Shown here piece by piece: positions 36,511 to 46,219 of a DNA stretch of 49,402 bases. A program made the translations under genes and the position numbers. This DNA is from Armatimonadota bacterium (GTDB lineage: Bacteria > Armatimonadota > UBA10988). The stretch spans positions 1 through 49,402 of the forward strand of contig JACRKZ010000087.1 in assembly GCA_016235455.1 (NCBI GenBank), read 5' to 3'. The notes beneath the pieces are model-generated. The model saw only the letters and a program-made list of their open reading frames with translations. It searched no databases and was not told where the DNA came from. Position 1 is the stretch's first letter. Each line of letters begins with the position of its first letter.

Positions 36511-38021
36511 AGTGCACCGGCGTTGTGCTAGTGGCCTGTCTGCTGACGGTGGCCTGCGCGGTGGAGGTGGATCCTGTGCGAGTCAACCTGCGCGTGGCCG
36601 AGCCACATCAGACCATGGACAACTTCGGTGCATCGGGCGGCTGGTGGGCTGATCCCATCGGCAGCGCCTGGGGTGAGCCGGCCAAGGAACGCGTGGCGGA
36701 ACTGCTGTTCAGCCCGGAGCGCGGCATCGGGCTCAGTGCCTGGCGCTTCAACATCGGCGCCGGCAGCCTGTACAGCGGCGACAACGTGTGGGACAAGTGG
36801 CGCGCCGTCGAGTGCTTCAAGAAGACCGCCGACGAGCCCTATGCCTGGTCGCGCCATGCTGGCCAGCAGTGGTTCCTGCGGGCCGCCGCGCGCTACGGCG
36901 TGCGCGACCGCGTGGCCTTCGCCTGCAGCCCGCCCATCTGGCTGACCAAGAACGGCCGCGGCCAGTGCGACCCGAACGTGGGCTCGACCAACCTCAGGCC
37001 CGGCGCCGACGCCGACTACGCGCGTTTCCTGTGCGATGTCCTGACGCATTTCGCCCGGCAGGGGCTGCCTTTCACGCACCTCAGCCCGCTCAACGAGCCG
37101 CAGTGGGAATGGAACGGCGGCCAGGAAGGTTGCCGCTACAACAATGAGGACATGATCCGCCTGCTGCGCGCCCTCGGTGCCGAGGTCAAGGCGCAGGGGC
37201 TCGACGTGGTGGTCGACCTGCTGGACGCGGGCGAGTGGGTCTTCCTATTGGACGATGAGGATTGGCGGCAGTGGGCGCACAAACCGGCGCCAACGGCGTA
37301 CGTCCACGCCAACGGCACCAAGGGTTGGGGCAAGTACCGTGGCTACATCGGTGACCTGCTGGGCGACCCGGAACTGCGGGGCATCCTGGGCAACCGGCTC
37401 AGCGCGCACAGCTACTGGACCGACAACGGCCGTGACCGGCTGGTCGATCTGCGCCGGGCCGTACGAGCTGACGCGGACCGGGTCAGCCCCGGCGCCAAGC
37501 TGCAGATGACCGAGTTCTGCGTCATGCAGCACAAACGCGACCTGGGCATGGACACGGCGCTGCACGTGGCACGGACCATCCACAGTGACCTGGCCTGGGC
37601 CGAAGTCTCCGCCTGGCACTGGTGGCTGGCGCTCTCGCCGCACGACTACAAGGACGGCCTGCTCTACACCGACTGGCGCGAGACCGGCAAAGAGACCGTC
37701 CTGACCAGCAAGACCTTCTGGGCCTTGGGCAACTGGAGCCGCTATGTGCGGCCGGGCTGGCGCCGCGTCGCCGCTGACCCCGTCGACCAGGGCGACCTGT
37801 GCGTGACCGCGTTCACCAGCCCCGCGGCCGACAAGCTGGCTATGGTGGTGGTCAACGAGAGTCGCGACGGCCAGCGGTTGTGGCTGGACAGCGACAAGCC
37901 GCTGCGCAACCTGCGGCTGGCGGTCACCTCGGCCGACCACGACCTGGCCGAGCTGCCGCAGCACGGCGATGTGGTCGAGGTGCCGGCGCGCTCGGTGGTG
38001 ACGGTGCTGGCCGACCTGTGA
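36507..38021 (+). CDS. Secreted glycoside hydrolase family 30 (beta-1,6-galactanase-like subgroup)
   Basis: QTMDNFGAS, GIGLSAWRFNIGAG, SPPIWLTKNG, SPLNEP (acid/base), HSYW, MTEF (nucleophile), LGNWSRYVRPG. Confidence 0.88.
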   Translation: MKCTGVVLVACLLTVACAVEVDPVRVNLRVAEPHQTMDNFGASGGWWADPIGSAWGEPAKERVAELLFSPERGIGLSAWRFNIGAGSLYSGDNVWDKWRAVECFKKTADEPYAWSRHAGQQWFLRAAARYGVRDRVAFACSPPIWLTKNGRGQCDPNVGSTNLRPGADADYARFLCDVLTHFARQGLPFTHLSPLNEPQWEWNGGQEGCRYNNEDMIRLLRALGAEVKAQGLDVVVDLLDAGEWVFLLDDEDWRQWAHKPAPTAYVHANGTKGWGKYRGYIGDLLGDPELRGILGNRLSAHSYWTDNGRDRLVDLRRAVRADADRVSPGAKLQMTEFCVMQHKRDLGMDTALHVARTIHSDLAWAEVSAWHWWLALSPHDYKDGLLYTDWRETGKETVLTSKTFWALGNWSRYVRPGWRRVAADPVDQGDLCVTAFTSPAADKLAMVVVNESRDGQRLWLDSDKPLRNLRLAVTSADHDLAELPQHGDVVEVPARSVVTVLADL

Positions 38022-38024
38022 CGT

Positions 38025-38690
38025 TCAGCCCGGCAGGTAGCGCACGCCGACCTCGACCAGGATCTGCGTGCCGCGGTCGTCGCGCAGGCAGCGAGCGCAG
38101 GCCATGGGTCGGCCGTAGCGACGGCGCACCTCGAACTCCAGGTCGCAGCCGGGGCAGCGATAGGCCACGCGACGGCTGCTGCCCGGGTAGTCGTGCCGTT
38201 GGCCGTTGACACCCGGACCGCGTCCGAAGCGTACCGCCTCGTGCCCACGCTCGGCCATCTTGGCCACGAACTCCGTCGTGTGGCCCGAGGGCAGGCCGCG
38301 CGTATGCAGCCAGAGGTGGATCATCTCGTGGAAGACCGTCTCGGCGCGGCTGTCCGGCACTTGGGTCAGGCGGTGGAAGTTGAGCTCGATCAGCCGGCGC
38401 GACGGAAAGATGCGACCCGCGGCGCTGCGCAGACGCGGGTTGATGGTCAATCGCACCGGCGGACACAGCCCGTCGAAGTGCAGCGCGTTGAGCTGGTCGT
38501 AGTCGGCGTAGGCGGCCAGCAGGAGCGGCGCCCACTCGGCACGGGGCGGTGGGCAGGTAGGCAGTGGCGCAAAGCCCGCCCACTTGCGCCCACCGGCGCG
38601 ACGCGCCGCTCGACCAGCATCAGTGAGCAGTTCGGGCGGAGGCACCCAGGCCTCCGCCTCGCGCCAGCGCGCCAACAGATCGGCGCTCAC
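38025..38690 (-). CDS. SprT-like zinc metallopeptidase with C-terminal Zn ribbon
   Basis: LN..HFDG..RLRSAAG..HEMIH..GHTTEF..YRCPGC..CARC. GTG start overlaps the upstream stop (GTGA). Confidence 0.85.
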   Translation of the reverse strand: MSADLLARWREAEAWVPPPELLTDAGRAARRAGGRKWAGFAPLPTCPPPRAEWAPLLLAAYADYDQLNALHFDGLCPPVRLTINPRLRSAAGRIFPSRRLIELNFHRLTQVPDSRAETVFHEMIHLWLHTRGLPSGHTTEFVAKMAERGHEAVRFGRGPGVNGQRHDYPGSSRRVAYRCPGCDLEFEVRRRYGRPMACARCLRDDRGTQILVEVGVRYLPG

Positions 38691-39529
38691 AGCAGGCCGG
38701 CCTCCGTCATCACCGCGCGCATGGTGGCCATGCCGCGATGCAGGTTCTCCTCGATGGGCAGCGCCCAGTAGCTGGGGTTGAAGAGCTCCAGCGAGAGCGG
38801 GCCGTCGTAGCCGGTGCCGGCCAGGTCGCGCAGCATCTGCACCAAGGGCAGGCAACCGTCGCCCGGATAGACGCGGTCGGCGTCGCTCTGCTCGAAGCGC
38901 GGCGGATGGTTGGCCGGCGCGTCGTTGAAGTGACAGATGCCCACATAGCGGCGCGGCAGATGGCGCACCAGTCCGAACCCCGAGCCGCCGCGCCACATGT
39001 GGAACGGGTCCAGCACGATGCAGGCGTCGGCATGGTCGGCCAGTTCGGCGATAGCGTAGGCCTGCTCAAGCAGGTAGATGGTCGGCACGAAGCCGAGGAA
39101 CTCCATCATCGGCACGATGCCCATCTGGTCGCCCAGCTCCAGGATGTTGTGGTAGCGCGCCGCGGCCTGGTCCAGGTCATAGTGCCAGTCGCCGGAGAAC
39201 GGCGGGCTGGCTACGATCGCCGGCGCGCCGACGGCGATGGCCTGGTCCATGCGCCGTTTGGTGTCCTCGATGGCGGCGGCATAGGCCGAACCCTCGGTCT
39301 CCATCCAGTGGCGCAGCGAGATGACGCTGGGCACCTGCAGTCCGGCGTCGTCCAGGATGGCCCGGAGCTCGGCCAGGCTGCGGCCCGAGTCGGTCCAGGT
39401 GGTCAGCTCATCGTTCCACAGCTCGATGTGGGTGAAGCCGACCGCCGCGGCGACACGGATCTTCTCGGTGACGCACAAGCTGGGATCGGACGGGTTGCCG
39501 AAGGTGCTGGTGTTGACGCACAACTGCAT
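38687..39529 (-). CDS. Sugar phosphate isomerase/epimerase (xylose isomerase-like TIM barrel)
   Basis: GFTHIELW, MEFLGF, LDPFH, HFNDA, DRVYPGDG, GYDGPLSLELF. Confidence 0.9.
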   Translation of the reverse strand: MQLCVNTSTFGNPSDPSLCVTEKIRVAAAVGFTHIELWNDELTTWTDSGRSLAELRAILDDAGLQVPSVISLRHWMETEGSAYAAAIEDTKRRMDQAIAVGAPAIVASPPFSGDWHYDLDQAAARYHNILELGDQMGIVPMMEFLGFVPTIYLLEQAYAIAELADHADACIVLDPFHMWRGGSGFGLVRHLPRRYVGICHFNDAPANHPPRFEQSDADRVYPGDGCLPLVQMLRDLAGTGYDGPLSLELFNPSYWALPIEENLHRGMATMRAVMTEAGLL

Positions 39530-39626
39530 CGAGTGATCTCCCGGGGCCGGATTCGGTCCGCGCCGCCGCGGTCCTGCTGCCGATCTGTGTTTGGCGGGCC
39601 GTTCGATGGGCTACACTCTCTAGGAT

Positions 39627-40271
39627 ATGAGACCACGCGCAACCGGCCGGGCGTTCACCCTCATCGAACTGCTGGTGGTGATCGCCATCATTGCCATTCT
39701 AGCCGCGATCCTGTTTCCCGTCTTCGCCAAGGCGCGGGAGAAGGCGCGGCAGGCGTCGTGCGCCTCCAACCTCAAGCAGATCGGCCTGGCCATGGCCATG
39801 TATGCGGCCGACTACGACGACGTCTTCGCCTACGGCGCCGACTGGCAGGACAAGGCCTTCCCGGCCATCTGGAACCCATACCCGGCCTACCAGGCCCTGG
39901 TGGCGGCCATGCCGGTGGTGCGCGGCGTGCTCGACCCCTATGTGCGCAGCTCGCAGGTCTGGCTCTGCCCATCCGATACGGGCATGGAAACCGACCCCAT
40001 CACCAGCCAGGCCGTGAATACCGCCAGTTGCGCGCGGCAGTACGGCATGAGTTACGGCTTCCGCACCGAGTTGGCGGTCCGCACGCTGACCACCTCGGGC
40101 CTGACCTATCCCGCCCAAGTCCCGATGTTCTTCGATAGCAGTGGCGCGTGGCACTTCGGCACGCGCAACGTCTACGTCACCTACCGCTACAACGTGGTCT
40201 TCTGCGATGGCCATGTGAAGTCGGCCACGATGTACGAGACGCTTTCGGGCATCCAGAGCCCGCTGCCCTGA
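39627..40271 (+). CDS. Prepilin-type N-terminal cleavage/methylation protein with DUF1559
   Basis: RA|[40 protein letters not shown]; WLCPSD; C-terminal WH...[11 protein letters not shown]. Confidence 0.92.
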   Translation: MRPRATGRAFTLIELLVVIAIIAILAAILFPVFAKAREKARQASCASNLKQIGLAMAMYAADYDDVFAYGADWQDKAFPAIWNPYPAYQALVAAMPVVRGVLDPYVRSSQVWLCPSDTGMETDPITSQAVNTASCARQYGMSYGFRTELAVRTLTTSGLTYPAQVPMFFDSSGAWHFGTRNVYVTYRYNVVFCDGHVKSATMYETLSGIQSPLP

Positions 40272-40360
40272 GACGTACGTGGGCCCCGGGCCGTGACTCG
40301 CACCCGTCTGTTGACCGATCCGCCCATTCGGGGCATCATGGACGGCGATGGGGGGTCTGG

Positions 40361-42304
40361 ATGACATCGAAGATGCATGTCGCCGTGCTCCTGACCATAC
40401 TGGCCGTGCTCTTGCCCAGCGCCGCGCAGGCGCAGGCTCGTAGCGACCTTCTCGATCGCATGGGTGCCGCCGTGGGCCTGGCCGAAAGCGGGCATTGGGA
40501 CGCAGCCGCCACGGAGTTCCGCACCGCCGCCTCGCTCGATCCCGACGACGCACTGGCCTATCTGGGCCTGGGCGCTGCGGAGTTGGCGCGCCGCCGGGCC
40601 AATGAGGCCGCGCCGTGGTTCCGCCGGGCGCTGGCCTGCGAGCGCGCCGATGCCTCGGCCTGGACCGGCCTGGGGCTCTGCGGTGTCTGCCTGGGCGATG
40701 TCCAGCAGGCCGAGGAGGCGCTCGGTCAGGCGCTGGCGCGCGATGCCACCATCGGCACGGCGCTGTTCTACCGGGCGGTACTGGCCCTGACGCGCGGCGA
40801 CCAGGTGCGCGCCGCCGATCTGCTTTCGCTGGCCCGCGCGCAGGGCGTGGCGCCCGCACTAACCGACTATGTGGAGGCGCTGCGCCAACTGGCCCTCGGC
40901 CGCCAGGAGCGCGCCACGGAGTTGCTGCGCTCGCTCCAACCCAAGACCGCCGCGCAGGGCAAGGGCCTGCCCTGGGCGCTTCCGCTCGAACTGCGCGCCG
41001 CCGACGGTGGCGCCGTGGTCTTTTCCCTGCCCACCGGCTCCGCGCTGACCACGCAGGTGGCGCCCGCCGCGGCGCCCGTGTCGGTCGAGGTCGACAAGCC
41101 GTCGAGCAACGGCCCGCTGATCGTCGAGCAGCCGCTGCCCAACGCGGTCGTGTCGGGCAAGGTGACCATCCGGGCCCAACTGGTCGGCGCGCGCGATTTC
41201 GACTACGTGGCCATCAGCGTCGACGGCCGTGTGCAGGCCATCACCAACCGCGAGCCCTACTTCGCCGTGTGGGACAGCGTCAACGCCGCCGACGGCCCGC
41301 ACCAGATCACGGTGCGCGCGGTCGGCGCGCGCGAGGTCATGGTGCAGTTCGTGGCCAACCTGCGCAACCGCACCGTGGCCATGGCCGCCGGGCGGGCCAA
41401 CCCTTACGACCCGACGCGCTATCGCGACCTGACCAACCGGGTCAATGGCCTGCTCATCCACCGGCTGCCGCCCACCTCCATCGAGAAGATGCTGTTGGAC
41501 GCCCTGGAGCCCACCCAACCCCAGGCCGCCACGGACCTGTGCGAGCGCCTGCTGGCTGCCGACCCGGCGCGCGTGGACCTGCTCCGGCGGTTGCTGCCGC
41601 TCTACCAGCGGACCGCCGTGTCGCTCAATCCCAACACGCTGCCGGAGCCGCACGAGGGATTCCGGACGGGCAAGCGCGTGTGCCTGACCTTTGACGACGG
41701 CCCGCGGCCCGGCGTCACCGAGCCCATCCTGGCACTGCTGGCGCAATACGGCGTCAAGGGCACCTTTCTGGTGACCGGCGTCATGTCCGAACGCTACCCC
41801 GAGCTGGTGCGCGCCATCGCCGCCGGCGGCAACGAGGTCGGCTCGCACACGTACAGCCACTTCCGGCTCGACACGCTCAGTCCGGAACAGCAGATGGTGG
41901 AGATGGTCCGGGCCAAGGTGGTCATCGATGACGCGCTGGGCCACGCCAGCCCGCGCTTCATGCGGCCGCCGGGCGGTCACTACAACCCGCAGATCAAGCG
42001 CAGTCTGGCGGCGGTGGGCTACTGGCCGGTGTTCTGGAACATCAACTGCGGCAGCTACACCCAGAACGAGCCGGACGCGGCTGCGGCGGCCATCGTCAAG
42101 CGGCTGACCGACGGCTCCATCCTGCTGCTGCACAACGGTACGGACAATACGCTGGCGTTGTTGCCGCATCTGCTGCGGCGGCTGACCGAGGCCGGGTGGC
42201 GCGGCGTGGGGCTGACCGACATCACGACCGGGCCCGACGGCCAGCCGCGTCGCGGCTCGCCGGCCATTGCGCCCGCGGGGGTGGAGACGCATGGGGCTAA
42301 GTAG
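40361..42304 (+). CDS. Secreted TPR + Ig-like + polysaccharide deacetylase (CE4/NodB) protein
   Basis: Signal peptide; N-terminal TPR-like helices; Ig-like VSGKVTI..PY..WDS..DG.H.I.VRA; CE4 motifs LTFDDGP, HTYSH, RPPGG, ILLLH. Confidence 0.88.
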   Translation: MTSKMHVAVLLTILAVLLPSAAQAQARSDLLDRMGAAVGLAESGHWDAAATEFRTAASLDPDDALAYLGLGAAELARRRANEAAPWFRRALACERADASAWTGLGLCGVCLGDVQQAEEALGQALARDATIGTALFYRAVLALTRGDQVRAADLLSLARAQGVAPALTDYVEALRQLALGRQERATELLRSLQPKTAAQGKGLPWALPLELRAADGGAVVFSLPTGSALTTQVAPAAAPVSVEVDKPSSNGPLIVEQPLPNAVVSGKVTIRAQLVGARDFDYVAISVDGRVQAITNREPYFAVWDSVNAADGPHQITVRAVGAREVMVQFVANLRNRTVAMAAGRANPYDPTRYRDLTNRVNGLLIHRLPPTSIEKMLLDALEPTQPQAATDLCERLLAADPARVDLLRRLLPLYQRTAVSLNPNTLPEPHEGFRTGKRVCLTFDDGPRPGVTEPILALLAQYGVKGTFLVTGVMSERYPELVRAIAAGGNEVGSHTYSHFRLDTLSPEQQMVEMVRAKVVIDDALGHASPRFMRPPGGHYNPQIKRSLAAVGYWPVFWNINCGSYTQNEPDAAAAAIVKRLTDGSILLLHNGTDNTLALLPHLLRRLTEAGWRGVGLTDITTGPDGQPRRGSPAIAPAGVETHGAK

Positions 42305-44927
42305 ACGCTGGGTGTTGCTCGCGGCGGTGGCCGCGTGCACCGCCATCTGGGCGGCCGATCCGCTGCCCGTGCTCGACCCCAACCGGGCCGAGTTCCCGGA
42401 CAGTTCGCTGGTCGACTTTGGCGCGCTCACGCCGCGCCACACCGCACAGCAGGGCTTCATGCGGACCGACCGCGAGGGTCGGTTCGTCTGGGAGAACGGC
42501 CAGCGCGCGCGCTTCTGGGGCATCAACGTCGCCTCCGACAGCGTCTTCCAGGCGCCCGAGCGCATCGAGACCTGCCTCCAGCGCATCCGCCGCGCCGGGT
42601 TCAACCTGGTGCGCATTCACCATATCGACGGCACCGGCCGGGGCATCATCCTCGGCCAGAAGGACAGCACCACCTGGGACGAGACCAAGCTTAGGGCGTT
42701 GGACTACTGGGTCGACCGCTGCGGGCAGTTGGGCATCTCGGTCTACCTGGACCTGCTCGACTACCGCACCTTCCACAGCGGCGACGGCATCCCCAACGCC
42801 GAGATGCTGGGCCGCGGCGCCAAGCCCTACGCGCTGTTCGACGAGGCGCTTATCAACCTGCAGAAGCGCTACGCCAAGGCCTTGCTGCGCGACCACATCA
42901 ACAGCTACAACGGCAAGTGCTTCGCCGACGACTCGGCCGTGGTCATGGTCGAACTGTTCGACGAGAACGGCCTGTTCATCCGCCGGCGCGACTGGGGCGG
43001 TCTGGCGGAGCCCTACCGCACCACGCTGCGCCGACGCTGGAACGACTTCCTGCTGGACCGCTACGGCTCCACCGAGGCACTCGCGGCCGCCTGGGGCCGC
43101 TCCGGCGTCAATCCGCCCTTCTCGGCCGATCAGCGGCTGGAACAGGGCTCGGTGGCGCTGCCGACACCAGCGCTCTCGCCCGACTCCGTAGCCACCACGG
43201 TCACCTCCAAGCTGGAACGCGCCATCGGCTCGGACGCGGCGCGGTTCGCCCATCGCGTGCATCGGGCCTACTATCGCTCCATGCGCGACTTCCTGCGGCG
43301 CGAGGTGCGCTTGCGTGTGCCGATCAGCGCCGTGGGTGACTTCTCGGTCGTGCCTGACCTGCTGTCGGTGGTGCAGGAACTCGATTTCGTCGGCACCAAC
43401 TTCTACTGGGACCACCCGGTGTTCCGCGCCGGCCGGCCGTGGCAGTATCCCTACATCTTCCACTACTGGAACGCGCTCGGCAGCACCAACATCGAGGGCT
43501 TCGGCCCGGTGCTCGCACTGTCGCGCATGAGCCGCAAGCCGCTGGTGGTGCGCGAGTGGAACTACTGCTTCCCCAACCCGTACCGCTCGGGCGGCATGGT
43601 GGAGGCCGCCGCCTATGCCGCGCTGCAGGACGTCGACGCGATGATCCTGTTCACCTATGGCACGCTGCCGCAGAAGCGCAGCATCGGCTGGTTCGACTGC
43701 CAGGCCGATCCGTCGCGCTGGGGTCTGGCCGGCATCACGGGCGCCGCCTTCCTGCAGACCGCTGTCAGCCCCGCCAAGTACCGCATCGAACTGGGCCACT
43801 CGGACGTCGACACGTTCCTCTTCAAGTCCTATGAGACCGAAGTGCGCAACCTGGCCTATGTGTCGCGCGTGGCCACCCGCTGCTTCGACCGGCAACTCGC
43901 GCCGGACGCCGATCTGACCATCGCCAGCGGCCGGTCGGGCGCCGCCGAATATGCCAATGGCCCGCTGCTGCTGTTGCGCAATGATCCTTCGGTGACCACC
44001 GCCGGCGACAGCCTGGAGCAGACCTCGGACCACTTCGGCTATCCGTTGGGCTTGTCGTCGAGCGGCGGGGGAAGCTACGTGTTCGACGGGCTGCTGCTGT
44101 CGGCGGCCGGCCCCGTCTGGCGTGGTTCAGGCTCGCGCTTTGCCTTGTCGGCCATCCAGAGCTTGGGCCTGCGGGCCGTGGGCCAGGGCACGGGCGACGC
44201 TGTGGGCTACTGGGACCCGGCGCGCAAGATCGCTGGGTTCGGCGCACTGAACGAAACCGAGACCGTGCGCGTGGCGCTCGACATGCTCAACGTGCTCTAC
44301 CAGGCGCCCGTCGGCCGCGACGACTGCACCAACCGCCGATTCCGCTCCGACACGGGGGAGCTGCTGCGCGACTCGAATCGCGGCCAACTGCAGATCAACA
44401 CCCCGCGCTACGCCGCAGTGGCTGGCGACCTGCGCGGCGGCCCTTACCAACTGGGCGCGCTGCGTCTCGAGACCAGCACCACCATCGGCGCGGTCACGCT
44501 GTTCAGCCTCGATGGCCTGCCCCTGAGCGAGTGCAAGCGATTCGTCATGAAGGCCGTGTCGCAGGCCGGCAACACGGGCATGGTGGCTAGCGCACCTGGC
44601 CCGCAGAACAACCCCTCCAATCGCTGGATCGTCGACTCCGAGGGCGTCAGCCCGGTGCGTACCGGCGGTCGCGCGCAACTCGGCGGTCTGCGCGTCTACC
44701 GCGGCACCGACCTGTGGTTCCAGGTGGATCTGGCCGAGGGCACCGTGGAACTCGTGCACGACGCCGGCGGCTGGCGCTGGTGGACCGACACACCCGACGC
44801 CCGCGTGACCGTGCCGGGCGCCGAGAAGGCCTGGGCCTTGGGCGTCGACGGCCGAGTCGACGAGCTGCCGATGACGCTCAGTGGGCTGCCGTACCCGGAG
44901 CGCGCGCTGTTGGTCCGCGCCGAGTGA
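42291..44927 (+). CDS. Secreted clan GH-A glycoside hydrolase (GH5/GH42/GH148-like)
   Basis: Signal peptide; RFWGINV, GFNLVRIHHID, GISVYLDL, ELFDENG, NFYWDHP, PLVVREWN..PNPYR, YAALQDVD. Confidence 0.75.
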   Translation: MGLSRRWVLLAAVAACTAIWAADPLPVLDPNRAEFPDSSLVDFGALTPRHTAQQGFMRTDREGRFVWENGQRARFWGINVASDSVFQAPERIETCLQRIRRAGFNLVRIHHIDGTGRGIILGQKDSTTWDETKLRALDYWVDRCGQLGISVYLDLLDYRTFHSGDGIPNAEMLGRGAKPYALFDEALINLQKRYAKALLRDHINSYNGKCFADDSAVVMVELFDENGLFIRRRDWGGLAEPYRTTLRRRWNDFLLDRYGSTEALAAAWGRSGVNPPFSADQRLEQGSVALPTPALSPDSVATTVTSKLERAIGSDAARFAHRVHRAYYRSMRDFLRREVRLRVPISAVGDFSVVPDLLSVVQELDFVGTNFYWDHPVFRAGRPWQYPYIFHYWNALGSTNIEGFGPVLALSRMSRKPLVVREWNYCFPNPYRSGGMVEAAAYAALQDVDAMILFTYGTLPQKRSIGWFDCQADPSRWGLAGITGAAFLQTAVSPAKYRIELGHSDVDTFLFKSYETEVRNLAYVSRVATRCFDRQLAPDADLTIASGRSGAAEYANGPLLLLRNDPSVTTAGDSLEQTSDHFGYPLGLSSSGGGSYVFDGLLLSAAGPVWRGSGSRFALSAIQSLGLRAVGQGTGDAVGYWDPARKIAGFGALNETETVRVALDMLNVLYQAPVGRDDCTNRRFRSDTGELLRDSNRGQLQINTPRYAAVAGDLRGGPYQLGALRLETSTTIGAVTLFSLDGLPLSECKRFVMKAVSQAGNTGMVASAPGPQNNPSNRWIVDSEGVSPVRTGGRAQLGGLRVYRGTDLWFQVDLAEGTVELVHDAGGWRWWTDTPDARVTVPGAEKAWALGVDGRVDELPMTLSGLPYPERALLVRAE

Positions 44928-45052
44928 GTCGGGGCCGGCGTAATGGTTGCGAAACAATGGCGGTGGCCCCGGATGGGTTGGCAAAGGGCCTGCCGTTCCG
45001 CCTCCCGGGCGCGCTGGTCTGTCGGAGTTGTGGTCTGTGCGTCACAGTCTGT

Positions 45053-45082
45053 TTGACGCGCTGAAACGCGGCATGGTATAGT
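45053..45082 (+). promoter_or_regulatory. sigma70 promoter of the response regulator cluster
   Basis: TTGACG, 18 bp, TATAGT with an extended TG. Confidence 0.7.
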
Positions 45083-45117
45083 GCAGGGACGACGTCGAGA
45101 GGCGATCTGGCACAGGC

Positions 45118-45504
45118 ATGGCCAAACTAATCCTGGTGGTCGAAGACGAGCATCCTGTCGCTCGGCTGATCCAGGTCAATCTGGAGAGTGTCGGCTACGA
45201 GGTGCGCGTGGCGGCCAATGGCGCCGAGGCGCTGGCGGCGCTGGCTGAACAGATGCCGGCCCTGGTGGTGCTGGATGTGGTCATGCCGCGGATGGACGGG
45301 TTCGAGGTGCTGCGGCACCTCAAGTCGGATCCGGATACCGCGGATCTGCCGGTGGTGATGCTGACGGCTCGCAGCGACGAGCAGTCGATTTTCCAGGGCT
45401 GGGCCGGAGGGGTTCATAGTTACATGACCAAACCCTTCCATCCCGAGGACCTGCTGTTGTTGGTGGAGCGTATGCTGTCCGACGTGACCTACCCGGACGA
45501 TTGA
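45118..45504 (+). CDS. Single-domain (CheY-like) response regulator
   Basis: ILVVEDE, LDVVMP.MDG, MLTA, TKPF. Confidence 0.93.
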   Translation: MAKLILVVEDEHPVARLIQVNLESVGYEVRVAANGAEALAALAEQMPALVVLDVVMPRMDGFEVLRHLKSDPDTADLPVVMLTARSDEQSIFQGWAGGVHSYMTKPFHPEDLLLLVERMLSDVTYPDD

Positions 45505-45584
45505 CGGCGCCCCAACTGTTCGTGACCGAGACAGGTAGCGGCAGCGTCGGCCGGGTGCGGCCAGGCGCGAGGAGTGAGACGGCG

Positions 45585-46004
45585 ATGGCGAAGCGCATTC
45601 TGGCGGTGGACGACGAGCGGCACATCGTGCGGCTGATCCAGGTCAACCTGGAGCGCGCCGGCTACGAGGTTGTGACCGCCGGCGACGGCCTGCAGGCGTT
45701 GGAGGTGGTGGCCAAGGAACGGCCCGACCTGATCGTCTTGGACTGGATGATGCCGCAGCTCAACGGCATGGAGACGCTCAAGCGGCTCAAGGCCAACCCG
45801 GCCACCAGCAACATTCCGGTGATCATGCTGACCGCCAAGAGCCAGGACGCGGACGTCTTCAAGGGCTGGCAGTCGGGTTGCGACTGCTACCTGACCAAGC
45901 CGTTCAACCCCATGGAGCTGCTGACGTTCGTCAAGCGCATCTTCACCGAACTCGAGAACCCGACCGACGACGACGACGAGAGCGGCGGCCGCATCGTCAT
46001 CTAG
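45585..46004 (+). CDS. Single-domain (CheY-like) response regulator, paralogue
   Basis: ILAVDDE, LDWMMP..NG, MLTAK, LTKPF. AGGAG RBS and an acidic tail. Confidence 0.93.
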   Translation: MAKRILAVDDERHIVRLIQVNLERAGYEVVTAGDGLQALEVVAKERPDLIVLDWMMPQLNGMETLKRLKANPATSNIPVIMLTAKSQDADVFKGWQSGCDCYLTKPFNPMELLTFVKRIFTELENPTDDDDESGGRIVI

Positions 46005-46028
46005 TCGCGCCGTGCCTGGGGTAGGGCG

Positions 46029-46190
46029 ATGACCTGTCCGCGGTGTCGGGCGGCCATGCAGGCGGAGCGGCATCTGTGCCACAAGCAGCGCAAGTGGCGC
46101 TGCCCGCGCTGTGGACGGGTTCGCTTTCAGCGTCTGGCCGACCGTGGTCGGCGGCAGGTGCGCGCCGATCGCCACTCTGGCGACGGCTAG
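46029..46190 (+). CDS. 53-aa basic zinc-ribbon mini-protein (below the ORF track cutoff)
   Basis: MTCPRCRAAMQAERHLCHKQRKWRCPRCGRVRFQRLADRGRRQVRADRHSGDG*. Fills the gap between two same-strand genes. Confidence 0.7.
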   Translation: MTCPRCRAAMQAERHLCHKQRKWRCPRCGRVRFQRLADRGRRQVRADRHSGDG

Positions 46191-46219
46191 GGACGCGGCA
46201 GCGGCCCGGAGGTGGTTTC

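Noticed and set aside
38691-38996. N-terminal extension of the SprT ORF
   Set aside because: It overlaps the isomerase gene in another frame. The GTGA overlap at 38687-38690 gives the natural start.
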